IMG/VR virus record: IMGVR_UViG_3300016476_000832
Span: 1 to 49,322 of that record
Strand: one strand, 5' to 3'
Length of the DNA stretch: 49,322 nucleotides
DNA from: a virus
Lineage: Duplodnaviria > Caudoviricetes
The notes beneath the pieces were generated by a model that saw nothing but the letters and a program-made list of their open reading frames with translations, did not search any database and was not told where the DNA came from. Positions 1 to 7,990 of this stretch are shown here, in pieces; the stretch's first letter is position 1; each line of letters starts with the position of its first letter. The position numbers and the translations under genes were made by a program.

Positions 1-2
1 AA

Positions 3-491
3 ACCCACTATAACGAAGACGGGACAGTAATTTATGATTCCGGATATTGGGACCATCGAGTAGCCACCGAGCCAACCCTAAAAAAGGTAGATCCAACCAT
101 CCCTGATGTTATTAAGGGAATGCAAATAAGACTTAAAGAAAAGGTAGACGCTTTCTTTAAAGTAGATGCTCATCCGACTAGCCCCGCTATTGTTAGATGG
201 CTGCCAGGGCAGCGTCAACAGCCTCATGCAGATAAAGAGTTGCACGAGGGGCCAAACAAGGGGAAACCTAATGATTTTCCGTACTACGACATCGCCGGTC
301 TTTTCTATATCAATGATGATTACGAAGGTGGAGAGCTTTACTTCCCAAACCAGGGGCTACAGTTTAAGCCCAAAAAAGGCGCTGCCTACTTTTTCCCAGG
401 GGATATGAATTATATCCACGGAGTTACGGAAATCAGATCAGGCATTAGATACGTATGCCCGTTCTTTTGGACCATCGAGAAGCACCTCTAA
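3..491 (+). CDS. 2OG-Fe(II) dioxygenase, prolyl-4-hydroxylase-like (5' truncated by window edge)
   Basis: Frame is open from nt 3 (THYNEDG...). Motifs: HAD, FYINDDYEGGELYF, distal H (YIHGV), 2OG-binding R (GIRY). Confidence 0.88.
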   Translation, partial: THYNEDGTVIYDSGYWDHRVATEPTLKKVDPTIPDVIKGMQIRLKEKVDAFFKVDAHPTSPAIVRWLPGQRQQPHADKELHEGPNKGKPNDFPYYDIAGLFYINDDYEGGELYFPNQGLQFKPKKGAAYFFPGDMNYIHGVTEIRSGIRYVCPFFWTIEKHL

Positions 492-542
492 AGCATAAAA
501 AATTGATATAGAATAATACCCGACCCCTTTCAGAGCCTAGGA

Positions 543-1325
543 ATGACTATGAAACCAGTACAAAAGCTACATGAAGAAGTTTTCTTATATGAGGACGTTA
601 TAGACGACCCGCAAAGACTAGTTGCTTTGGTAGAGGAACTAGATCTAGATGAGAGCGTTCACTCTGTGATCCCAGAGTGGGGATTCTGGTTCTCGAATAG
701 TGCTGATGGTCACAGCTTCGGCAGCAAAAAAGATTTTAATTTAGAGGGGTTAGCTACACTAGAGTCGGACAGAAAAGAAGACGTCGAATACGTAGTAGGC
801 CAAATCACCTCGGCGATTGAGAAAGTAGCAAAAGCTTACTACAAAGATAGGCAATTAGAGGGCGAGCCAAACATCTCCCCGTTTGCTGGAGTTATGAAGT
901 ATCGCCCAGGCTGTGAAATGGGTGCACATTTTGATGCACAGGCTGGTGATCAAACACTTAAGTACTCAATTGTTGTCTACCTAAATGATAACTACGAGGG
1001 AGGAGAGATCTCTTTCATCATCAGAAAGCCAGATCTCAGAAATCCAAAGAATTCTGACCTCAGGCCAAAGGCAGATTTAGCTGACCCCCACAACGAGGGA
1101 TTAATTGACTTTACATTAAAGCCAAAAGCTGGATCAGCACTAATTTTTCCATCTACGCATCCATATAACCACCAAGTACACAAAATTTATTCAGGTGATA
1201 AATACATCTTCCCTGGATTTGTATTTATTGATGAGTTTGATCAGAATAGCGAAGAGGACAGGAAGAAATATAACGCCGGATCAGCGATTGCCCAGGAAAC
1301 TGATAAGTACTTAGACGAAGATTAA
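543..1325 (+). CDS. 2OG-Fe(II) dioxygenase, P4H-like
   Basis: HFD, VYLNDNYEGGEISF, HQV, GDKY motifs. Confidence 0.88.
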   Translation: MTMKPVQKLHEEVFLYEDVIDDPQRLVALVEELDLDESVHSVIPEWGFWFSNSADGHSFGSKKDFNLEGLATLESDRKEDVEYVVGQITSAIEKVAKAYYKDRQLEGEPNISPFAGVMKYRPGCEMGAHFDAQAGDQTLKYSIVVYLNDNYEGGEISFIIRKPDLRNPKNSDLRPKADLADPHNEGLIDFTLKPKAGSALIFPSTHPYNHQVHKIYSGDKYIFPGFVFIDEFDQNSEEDRKKYNAGSAIAQETDKYLDED

Positions 1326-1326
1326 A

Positions 1327-1974
1327 ATGTCACCTGAATACCAAATACTTCATAAGGACGTTTACTACTTCCCGGGAATTATATCTAACATTCAGTCTCT
1401 TCTTGAAGAGATAGAAATCTTTGATAGTGTGGCGGTAAGTCCATGGGAAATCTGGTACGCAGATAACACCCCAGAAAGTCACCCATACGGTAACCTAAAG
1501 ACATTTAAAACTCATCTGCTTAATGACGAAACAGATCTAGAGTCAAAATCTAGAGCTGAAAATTTAATTTATTCAATACTAAATGCAATAGAAGAGTCTT
1601 GCAGAATTTTTATGCAAGGCCACGGGGCCTCAGAAGAAGAGCTAAATTTCCTGCGTAACTGCATTTTCGAAGATAGAAATATATACGGTATCCGTAAATA
1701 TAATCCAAACGAGTCCATGGGGCCACATCAAGACATGGTAGACCCTGATAGGGACACAATAACAGTCTCTGTGTATCTAAATGACGACTACGAAGGCGGA
1801 GAGATTGCAGTAGTAGAGCCAGGAGTCGGCGTGTCTGTAAAAGCCCAAGCTGGATCAATTTTAGTTTTTCCTTCCTCATACCACCATGAGTCTAAGCAGC
1901 TTTTTTCCGGAAGAAAAATGATTATTACTCATGTGCACATGACACTAGGAAAAATAGGGATAGGGGTTCAATAA
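1327..1974 (+). CDS. 2OG-Fe(II) dioxygenase, P4H-like
   Basis: HQD, VYLNDDYEGGEI, YHHES, GRK motifs. Confidence 0.88.
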   Translation: MSPEYQILHKDVYYFPGIISNIQSLLEEIEIFDSVAVSPWEIWYADNTPESHPYGNLKTFKTHLLNDETDLESKSRAENLIYSILNAIEESCRIFMQGHGASEEELNFLRNCIFEDRNIYGIRKYNPNESMGPHQDMVDPDRDTITVSVYLNDDYEGGEIAVVEPGVGVSVKAQAGSILVFPSSYHHESKQLFSGRKMIITHVHMTLGKIGIGVQ

Positions 1975-1975
1975 C

Positions 1976-2824
1976 TTGAAAACAGTATCCCCGATATTTT
2001 ATTCATCCCTAGACGAGCTTAAATTAGATCTAAATACTATAAAAAATAGATATATCTCCGATTCCATAGTTTTAATTAGGGGACTTCATCTATCAAAAGA
2101 CGATCATTTAAGCCTAGTAAAAGCCCTGGGCGACGTCATGGGATGGACCCCAAACACTAAAACTGACTTTAACCATAGATACAATGAAAGCCACGTAACT
2201 AATACAAAATTAGACAATTCATTACCAGAGGATTTAATTTTAGGGTGGCACTTAGAGCACGTTGATTACGATCCATATAGCCCACTAGTGGCTGGAGTGT
2301 GGAATATGCAAAAATTTAAGTGCGACCCGAACGCCGGTATGACGTATTTTATGGATTCTAGGAAACTATACAATCTGCTGTTCAATGAATCAGAAAAAAA
2401 TTTCTTGCGAAACTGTACTGCCTCCTGGGAAGAGAAATACTCTACGGGGGTTGTAGTAAAAAATGAAGTTAGGGTAGTAGCACCACATTGGATAACGGGA
2501 GAAGAGCAGCTTAGATTAGAGATGCATCACGTGCCCCCACTATTAACATTGGCTAGGTATGAAGACAGAGAGCCTACTGACTCTGAATCAAAATATTTTG
2601 AAGAGCTAGCAAATCGATTCATATTTGAGCACTATAAAAATGAAGACCTGAGGATAGTACAAAAATGGAATGAAGGAGATATTTTAATTCCAGACCTATA
2701 TTCTCTGGCACATGCGGTTACTGGAGGATTTTCCCCACAAGACCGAGAGTTCACTGGTTTATGGTGTTACATAAACTATCCGGAAAATCTTGATTCATCA
2801 TCTGTACATCCGAGTTGGAGATAA
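1976..2824 (+). CDS. TauD/TfdA (clavaminate synthase-like) 2OG-Fe(II) dioxygenase
   Basis: GWHLEH (HxE) and the TauD-type C-terminal motif KWNEGDILIPDLYSLAHAVTG...DREF. TTG start. Confidence 0.8.
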   Translation: MKTVSPIFYSSLDELKLDLNTIKNRYISDSIVLIRGLHLSKDDHLSLVKALGDVMGWTPNTKTDFNHRYNESHVTNTKLDNSLPEDLILGWHLEHVDYDPYSPLVAGVWNMQKFKCDPNAGMTYFMDSRKLYNLLFNESEKNFLRNCTASWEEKYSTGVVVKNEVRVVAPHWITGEEQLRLEMHHVPPLLTLARYEDREPTDSESKYFEELANRFIFEHYKNEDLRIVQKWNEGDILIPDLYSLAHAVTGGFSPQDREFTGLWCYINYPENLDSSSVHPSWR

Positions 2825-2826
2825 AA

Positions 2827-3753
2827 ATGGAAAAAATCACCCTAGGAAACTATAGTGTAAAAGTTCTAGACCCCAAAATTTTAGTTTTTGAGGGCGCCCT
2901 TAAAGATCCAGAAGCACTAATTAACTATTACGAGACCTGGGACCAATGGAAGGGTTGGTACGGTTTTGGGGCTCAGTCTGCCGATGAGCACATGGAGGGG
3001 GACACTGTAGTAGCCACAGATCACTTCCCCACAGAAAAAGACTTTGAGGCAATCCTAAATATTTCAGAGAATCCACTTCGAGACGAGATTCACAAAAGTT
3101 TTAGAGAAATCTCTGAGCTTTATGTAAATTACACCGGAACAACAATGCCAAACTGGCTTTATGAGGCAAACTGGTGTCTAGCAAAATATACACCCGACGT
3201 AGATCACATTAATAATGATGAACAAACTATGGGCTACCACACGGATTACCAGCAAGACCGCCACGGGCAGCCAGGAAATAAGTTTGCAATCACTGCAGTG
3301 TATTACCCCAACGATGATTATGAGGGAGGGGAGATATCATTTAGAATTTTAGTTCCAGGAACTTTTATTTTGGATAAAGAGATAACCTACAAACCAAAAA
3401 AAGGTGAAGTGGTAATTTTTCCATCTGGGAACCCCTACTATCACGGGGTAAAGAGGATTTGGAATAAGCACAAGTACATTGTTCGAGTTTATTGGACTTG
3501 GGATGATCCAGGACTAGAAGAGTGGCATGCGCTACGTAAAAAGTATGGAAACGAAAAATTTGAACAGCTAGAGTCAGAGCGCGTAAGAAGACATGACTTA
3601 CTGATGTATGACCCAGTCCAAAGACCAATCCTTACTTTTGATCAATACTATGATCTACTCGAAAAAGGTAAATTACCTGCCCCAACAGACGAGGCAGCCA
3701 TAAATGAGCTACGCAGAAAAATCATCGAATCTAACGGTAAAATTTATGAGTAG
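2827..3753 (+). CDS. 2OG-Fe(II) dioxygenase, P4H-like
   Basis: HTD, YYPNDDYEGGEISF, YYHGV, KHKY motifs. ATG at 2827 preferred over TTG at 2815. Confidence 0.88.
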   Translation: MEKITLGNYSVKVLDPKILVFEGALKDPEALINYYETWDQWKGWYGFGAQSADEHMEGDTVVATDHFPTEKDFEAILNISENPLRDEIHKSFREISELYVNYTGTTMPNWLYEANWCLAKYTPDVDHINNDEQTMGYHTDYQQDRHGQPGNKFAITAVYYPNDDYEGGEISFRILVPGTFILDKEITYKPKKGEVVIFPSGNPYYHGVKRIWNKHKYIVRVYWTWDDPGLEEWHALRKKYGNEKFEQLESERVRRHDLLMYDPVQRPILTFDQYYDLLEKGKLPAPTDEAAINELRRKIIESNGKIYE

Positions 3754-4231
3754 TTCAACTGAAGGAGATCTTAACTTCTCTCATGTAGATATGGTAGAAG
3801 ACTATAAGTCTCAGGTAAGACAAAAAATAGCTCAACACTACATGATGACTATAGCCAGAGATGGTGAGTCCCCCGTCAGGTCTATATATTTTTATGACAA
3901 TGCTGTAGACGCCGCTATCGGTTATGGTGCATATAAAGACTGGGGATTTGCTAAAGACTATCTAACCGTAGAGTTGTATGAGCCGACAGGCAGAGTACAC
4001 ACTAAAGTTCTAAGCAGACCAAAGGGCGGAGAGTGTGTCTTTGAGAGGGAACAGTACTACAAAATTTCTGACATACTGCTAAACATAAAGAATAGTATGA
4101 AAGAAGAAGATTTTAACTATCTAGCCTACGAGTTTGCTAAGCTATTCTCAAGGGATAACCAAAGATTTAATCCAGAGCGATTTCTATCAACGCTAGGGTA
4201 CACAGGAGAAATAAATGACAGATCTGTCTAA
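3746..4231 (+). CDS. hypothetical protein
   Basis: Fills the gap between oxygenase genes and overlaps both neighbours. No recognised motif. Confidence 0.7.
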   Translation: MSSSTEGDLNFSHVDMVEDYKSQVRQKIAQHYMMTIARDGESPVRSIYFYDNAVDAAIGYGAYKDWGFAKDYLTVELYEPTGRVHTKVLSRPKGGECVFEREQYYKISDILLNIKNSMKEEDFNYLAYEFAKLFSRDNQRFNPERFLSTLGYTGEINDRSV

Positions 4232-4949
4232 AATTGAGACAACCCCAACCGAGTTTGGAGATAAGGGTTTTATAAAAGAGGATGTTGTTTTTTATAACAA
4301 CTTTCTTACCCCCGAAGAGTGCGAAACCTTAGTAAAAGTTTTCGAGGATCCAGAGCAACCTTGGAGTATGTCAGCGTTCTTTGAGTCCTATGGAATGAGC
4401 ATCATGCCAGAAGACCCAATTTTGGAAAGATATGGTCTGCCTAGAGATTACTTTGGTAAACTTGCAAATAGGTTGCACAAAGTAGTTGAAGACGCACATC
4501 AGCGGCCAGTCAAGTCTGTGTCATCTCACGCTCAAAAGTGGCAAGTAGGGGCGTTTGCTCCATTTCACTCAGATAACACCGATATGGAAGGAAACCCCTC
4601 CGCCTGGGAAAAGAGCAAGCTAGTTTGCCTCCTATACATCAATGACGACTATGAGGGCGGTGAACTTGACTTTAGGGATCACGACATCTCTATTAAGCCA
4701 GTTGCCGGTCAGCTAATAACTTTCCCTGGAGGCTTCGAGAATATTCACCAGGTACTACCAGTCAAGGGGTCCACTAGGCACACGATTGGAGCATTCTGGG
4801 ACTACGCCGAGTCTGTCTACTCGGAAGAGCGCATGAAGGCCTGGGAAGAAGAGATCCAAAAGGTCCGAGAAGAGCAGAAAATAATGCAGGATGAGTGGAA
4901 AGAAATGGTGGCCAATGGGGTTCACCCCACCGATCCAGGGGCTCAATAG
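4215..4949 (+). CDS. 2OG-Fe(II) dioxygenase, P4H-like
   Basis: NFLTPEEC N-terminal motif, HSD, LYINDDYEGGELDF, IHQV, STRH. AGGAG RBS upstream. Confidence 0.9.
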   Translation: MTDLSKIETTPTEFGDKGFIKEDVVFYNNFLTPEECETLVKVFEDPEQPWSMSAFFESYGMSIMPEDPILERYGLPRDYFGKLANRLHKVVEDAHQRPVKSVSSHAQKWQVGAFAPFHSDNTDMEGNPSAWEKSKLVCLLYINDDYEGGELDFRDHDISIKPVAGQLITFPGGFENIHQVLPVKGSTRHTIGAFWDYAESVYSEERMKAWEEEIQKVREEQKIMQDEWKEMVANGVHPTDPGAQ

Positions 4950-4967
4950 TCAATTTAGTTAAATTGC

Positions 4968-4975
4968 GGTAAAAT
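4968..4975 (+). promoter_or_regulatory. GGTAAAAT motif (putative late promoter -10)
   Basis: The same octamer recurs upstream of other virion or late genes (7819, 34472, 41146, 45761). Confidence 0.5.
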
Positions 4976-5012
4976 TGTAGGGACTAGTCTAATCCCTGTT
5001 AGGACTTTCCGC

Positions 5013-5390
5013 ATGAGCTATTTGCGTGGCAATATCCATGATCTAATCACAGATCAGGGGTCTACTGTACACCAGGTATTTACCATCAAAAACTCAGCTC
5101 GTAGGATAATTCCCCTAACTGGATATACGGCTCGTATGCAAGTCAGACGTTGGGATGTGGAAACCAGGGATCCTGTTCTAACTACTATTGCCGAATATAC
5201 AACAGAAAACGGGTATCTAACCGTTAATGGAGCTGCAGGTACCGTAACTCTTCTTATTCCACCTGCAGATATGGCAGCATACGAGCCTGGTTCTTATGTT
5301 TACGATATTGAAGTCGAGACAGCTAATGCTGGAGATACCACTCGGATCATCCAGGGTAAATTTATTGTGAGAGCAGAGGTAACCAAGTAA
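5013..5390 (+). CDS. virion Ig-like/BppU-like adaptor protein
   Basis: DQGST...[11 protein letters not shown]...GTVTLLIP...YVYDIEV...RIIQGKFIV is a pattern typical of phage fibre-anchoring beta-sandwich proteins. TAATG-coupled to the collagen gene. Confidence 0.7.
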   Translation: MSYLRGNIHDLITDQGSTVHQVFTIKNSARRIIPLTGYTARMQVRRWDVETRDPVLTTIAEYTTENGYLTVNGAAGTVTLLIPPADMAAYEPGSYVYDIEVETANAGDTTRIIQGKFIVRAEVTK

Positions 5391-7366
5391 TGGTACTCTC
5401 CGACAATTTTGCGTATGTTGATGTAAAAGGTCCAGGACCCCAAGGACCAGCTGGTCCAACCGGCCCCGCCGGGCCTGCAGGTGGTCCAACTGGAGCTACC
5501 GGAGCTACTGGCCCAGCGGGTGCAACCGGTCCAACCGGCGCAACCGGTCCACAGGGTCTAGCTGGACTTTCTATAACCGGACCTACTGGCGCTACAGGAC
5601 CTCAAGGAATTCCAGGTCCCACAGGTCCAACTGGTGCGCAAGGTATAGCAGGACTATCAATCACTGGACCTGCTGGTTCGACTGGTGCTACTGGCCCAAC
5701 GGGTCCCACAGGTCCAACTGGTGCGCAAGGTATAGCAGGACTATCAATCACTGGACCCACTGGAGCTTTAGGTCCTACAGGTCCAACTGGTCCACTAGGT
5801 CCAACTGGTGCACCTTCTAATGTCACAGGTCCTACAGGTCCAACTGGACCTACTGGTCCCCAGGGATTAGTTGGTCCGACTGGTGCAGACTCTACAGTTA
5901 CAGGACCAACAGGACCAACAGGACCAACAGGACCAACAGGCCCGATTGGTCCGACTGGTGCAGACTCTACAGTTACAGGACCAACAGGACCAACAGGACC
6001 AACAGGTTCTCAAGGTATATCGCTAACACTAATTGGTTCCGTCCAAAACGTAGAAGATCTTCCACCAAGTGCTTCACTGAACGAAGCATATATTGTTCAG
6101 TCAGACGGCAACCTATATGTCTGGGATGGATCTGGCTGGGTAGATGCAGGACAGATTGTGGGACCAATTGGTCCTACTGGCCCTACAGGTCCTCAAGGTG
6201 AAATCGGCCCTACAGGTCCTCAAGGCATCCAGGGTGAGCAGGGCATTCAGGGTGAAGTCGGCCCTACAGGCCCTACGGGTCCCCAGGGTGAGCAGGGCAT
6301 CCAGGGTATTCAAGGAATTCAGGGCGAGATTGGACCAACTGGTTCCCAGGGTGAGATTGGACCTACTGGACCACAAGGTGATCAAGGTACTCAAGGTGAA
6401 CTTGGACCAACTGGACCTACTGGACCTCAGGGTGATCAAGGTATTCAAGGTGAACTTGGACCAACTGGACCTCAGGGTGATCTCGGACCAACTGGACCTA
6501 CTGGACCGCAGGGTGAGCAGGGCATCCAAGGTATCCAGGGAATCCAAGGCGAGCTTGGACCTACTGGACCGCAGGGTGAGCAGGGTATTCAGGGTATTCA
6601 AGGTGAAGTCGGTCCTACTGGACCACAAGGTGAACTAGGACCCACTGGACCTCAGGGTATTCAGGGTGAGATTGGACCCACTGGACCTCAGGGTGAGATT
6701 GGACCTACTGGACCTCAGGGTATTCAGGGTGATGTTGGCCCTACGGGAGCCACGGGACCAACCGGAATGGGCGTCCCACTCGGTGGAGATACCGGACAGA
6801 TTCTTGCAAAAGAATCTAATGCTGATGGTGACTTCATTTGGATTGACAACTATGCTGACTGGACTGCTGTAGTTAAGCATCAAGTAAGGGCAGATCAGAT
6901 CCTAACTAAGGGTCAGGCTGTATATATCAGCTCTTCTGATGGAACCAATATGAGAGTGTCTAAGGCCTCGAATTCTGGAGAGATGACATCCAGCAAAACA
7001 ATGGGAGTCATAGCCCAAGACCTGGCTATTAATGGCCTTGGGTTTGTTATAACAGAAGGTCTTCTATCTGGACTAAACACATCTACTGCCACTATTGGTG
7101 ATCCTATTTGGCTAGGAACCGACGGTAACATGATTTTTGGTCTAGCAAACAAACCAACCGCACCCGCTCACCTAGTATATCTAGGAGTTGTAACCAGAGT
7201 AAACCTAAATAATGGTGAAATTTTTGTCAAGGTCCAGAACGGCTTTGAGCTAAATGAACTCCACGATGTAAAATTCAACGATCTACAAAACGGAGATTTG
7301 CTATCCTATAATTCATCCACCAACCTATGGCAGAATATTAGCGTTGTTGACGGGGGCACCCCATAA
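5390..7366 (+). CDS. collagen-like fibre protein (Gly-X-Y repeats)
   Basis: Two Gly-X-Y blocks (GPT-rich, then GPQ/GEQ/GIQ-rich) separated by a short globular insert ([13 protein letters not shown]). C-terminal globular domain ends in DGGTP. Confidence 0.92.
   Translation: MVLSDNFAYVDVKGPGPQGPAGPTGPAGPAGGPTGATGATGPAGATGPTGATGPQGLAGLSITGPTGATGPQGIPGPTGPTGAQGIAGLSITGPAGSTGATGPTGPTGPTGAQGIAGLSITGPTGALGPTGPTGPLGPTGAPSNVTGPTGPTGPTGPQGLVGPTGADSTVTGPTGPTGPTGPTGPIGPTGADSTVTGPTGPTGPTGSQGISLTLIGSVQNVEDLPPSASLNEAYIVQSDGNLYVWDGSGWVDAGQIVGPIGPTGPTGPQGEIGPTGPQGIQGEQGIQGEVGPTGPTGPQGEQGIQGIQGIQGEIGPTGSQGEIGPTGPQGDQGTQGELGPTGPTGPQGDQGIQGELGPTGPQGDLGPTGPTGPQGEQGIQGIQGIQGELGPTGPQGEQGIQGIQGEVGPTGPQGELGPTGPQGIQGEIGPTGPQGEIGPTGPQGIQGDVGPTGATGPTGMGVPLGGDTGQILAKESNADGDFIWIDNYADWTAVVKHQVRADQILTKGQAVYISSSDGTNMRVSKASNSGEMTSSKTMGVIAQDLAINGLGFVITEGLLSGLNTSTATIGDPIWLGTDGNMIFGLANKPTAPAHLVYLGVVTRVNLNNGEIFVKVQNGFELNELHDVKFNDLQNGDLLSYNSSTNLWQNISVVDGGTP
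5615..6006 (+). repeat. nucleotide-level duplications within collagen gene
   Basis: 56-bp exact repeat at 5615 and 5702; about 60-bp repeat at 5871 and 5946; tandem GGACCAACA 9-mers. Confidence 0.85.
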
Positions 7367-7385
7367 ATTAGCGCTAAAAGTTCCT

Positions 7386-7772
7386 TTAAATAGCAGTGCG
7401 CTTTTTTCTGATTGGCTTCTTTATTGGCTCGACAATCGGAGCCTCTGTCGGGGTAGGGATAAAGACAGTGCCAGAGTTATTTTGAGCGGTGTGAAGGCCC
7501 ATAGTGAGGTCTTTAATAAACTCGATCTCAGTTGAAACCTTAACTACGTGCTTTTCGATGTTGTTAACTCGATCTGCCAAAGAGCTCCCACCATTCTCCC
7601 AAAGCTGGTGCTCAACCCTATCTAGTCGATCAGAAATAGTCCTACCATGAGCATCGGTACCCAGGACGTCGCCTATTTTCTTTGCAATTCTATAGATAGC
7701 AATTATGGAGGCAGCCAAAACACCAAACGCGCTTATTGCAGCCGAAATAGCCATTACTAGTTCAGAAGTCAT
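7386..7772 (-). CDS. membrane protein (possibly lysis-associated)
   Basis: One N-terminal hydrophobic helix, then RLDRVEHQLWENGGSSLADRV, resembling actinophage single-TM proteins. Confidence 0.65.
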   Translation of the reverse strand: MTSELVMAISAAISAFGVLAASIIAIYRIAKKIGDVLGTDAHGRTISDRLDRVEHQLWENGGSSLADRVNNIEKHVVKVSTEIEFIKDLTMGLHTAQNNSGTVFIPTPTEAPIVEPIKKPIRKKRTAI

Positions 7773-7818
7773 GTATACTATTCCCTACACAGGTCGAGCA
7801 ATTAAATTTGCTTCGTCT

Positions 7819-7826
7819 ATTTTACC
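7819..7826 (-). promoter_or_regulatory. GGTAAAAT motif upstream of membrane protein gene
   Basis: ATTTTACC on +, overlapping the inverted repeat ACCCTA-T-TAGGGT (7824-7836). Confidence 0.45.
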
Positions 7827-7905
7827 CTATTAGGGTATTCCCTATTTAGTGGGTCTAGCCGTTAAGTCGGTCACCAACTAAATTCAAAAAAATCTAATTT
7901 TTGTG

Positions 7906-7933
7906 TTGCACCTGCACCCAAAAGGTGTATTAT
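7906..7933 (+). promoter_or_regulatory. sigma70/SigA-like promoter for primase operon
   Basis: TTGCAC-N16-TATTAT. Confidence 0.45.
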
Positions 7934-7990
7934 GAAGAAAAGTTTTGGAGAGTTTATGGATCTTTTTAGTGGCGCGGAGGCTTTGAGATA

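Noticed and set aside
3736-3743. GGTAAAAT copy at the end of an oxygenase gene
   Set aside because: It lies only 2 nt before the next ATG and inside coding sequence, so it is likely coincidental.
3-4949. Oxygenases as TET/JBP or AlkB DNA-modifying enzymes
   Set aside because: Motifs match P4H-like and TauD families, not TET/JBP or AlkB signatures.
5871-6006. Direct repeats as a CRISPR array or iterons
   Set aside because: They are in-frame coding repeats with no unique spacers.
5602-6883. Repetitive alternative-frame and antisense ORFs in the collagen gene
   Set aside because: They are shadows of the Gly-X-Y codon periodicity and have no RBS or independent features.
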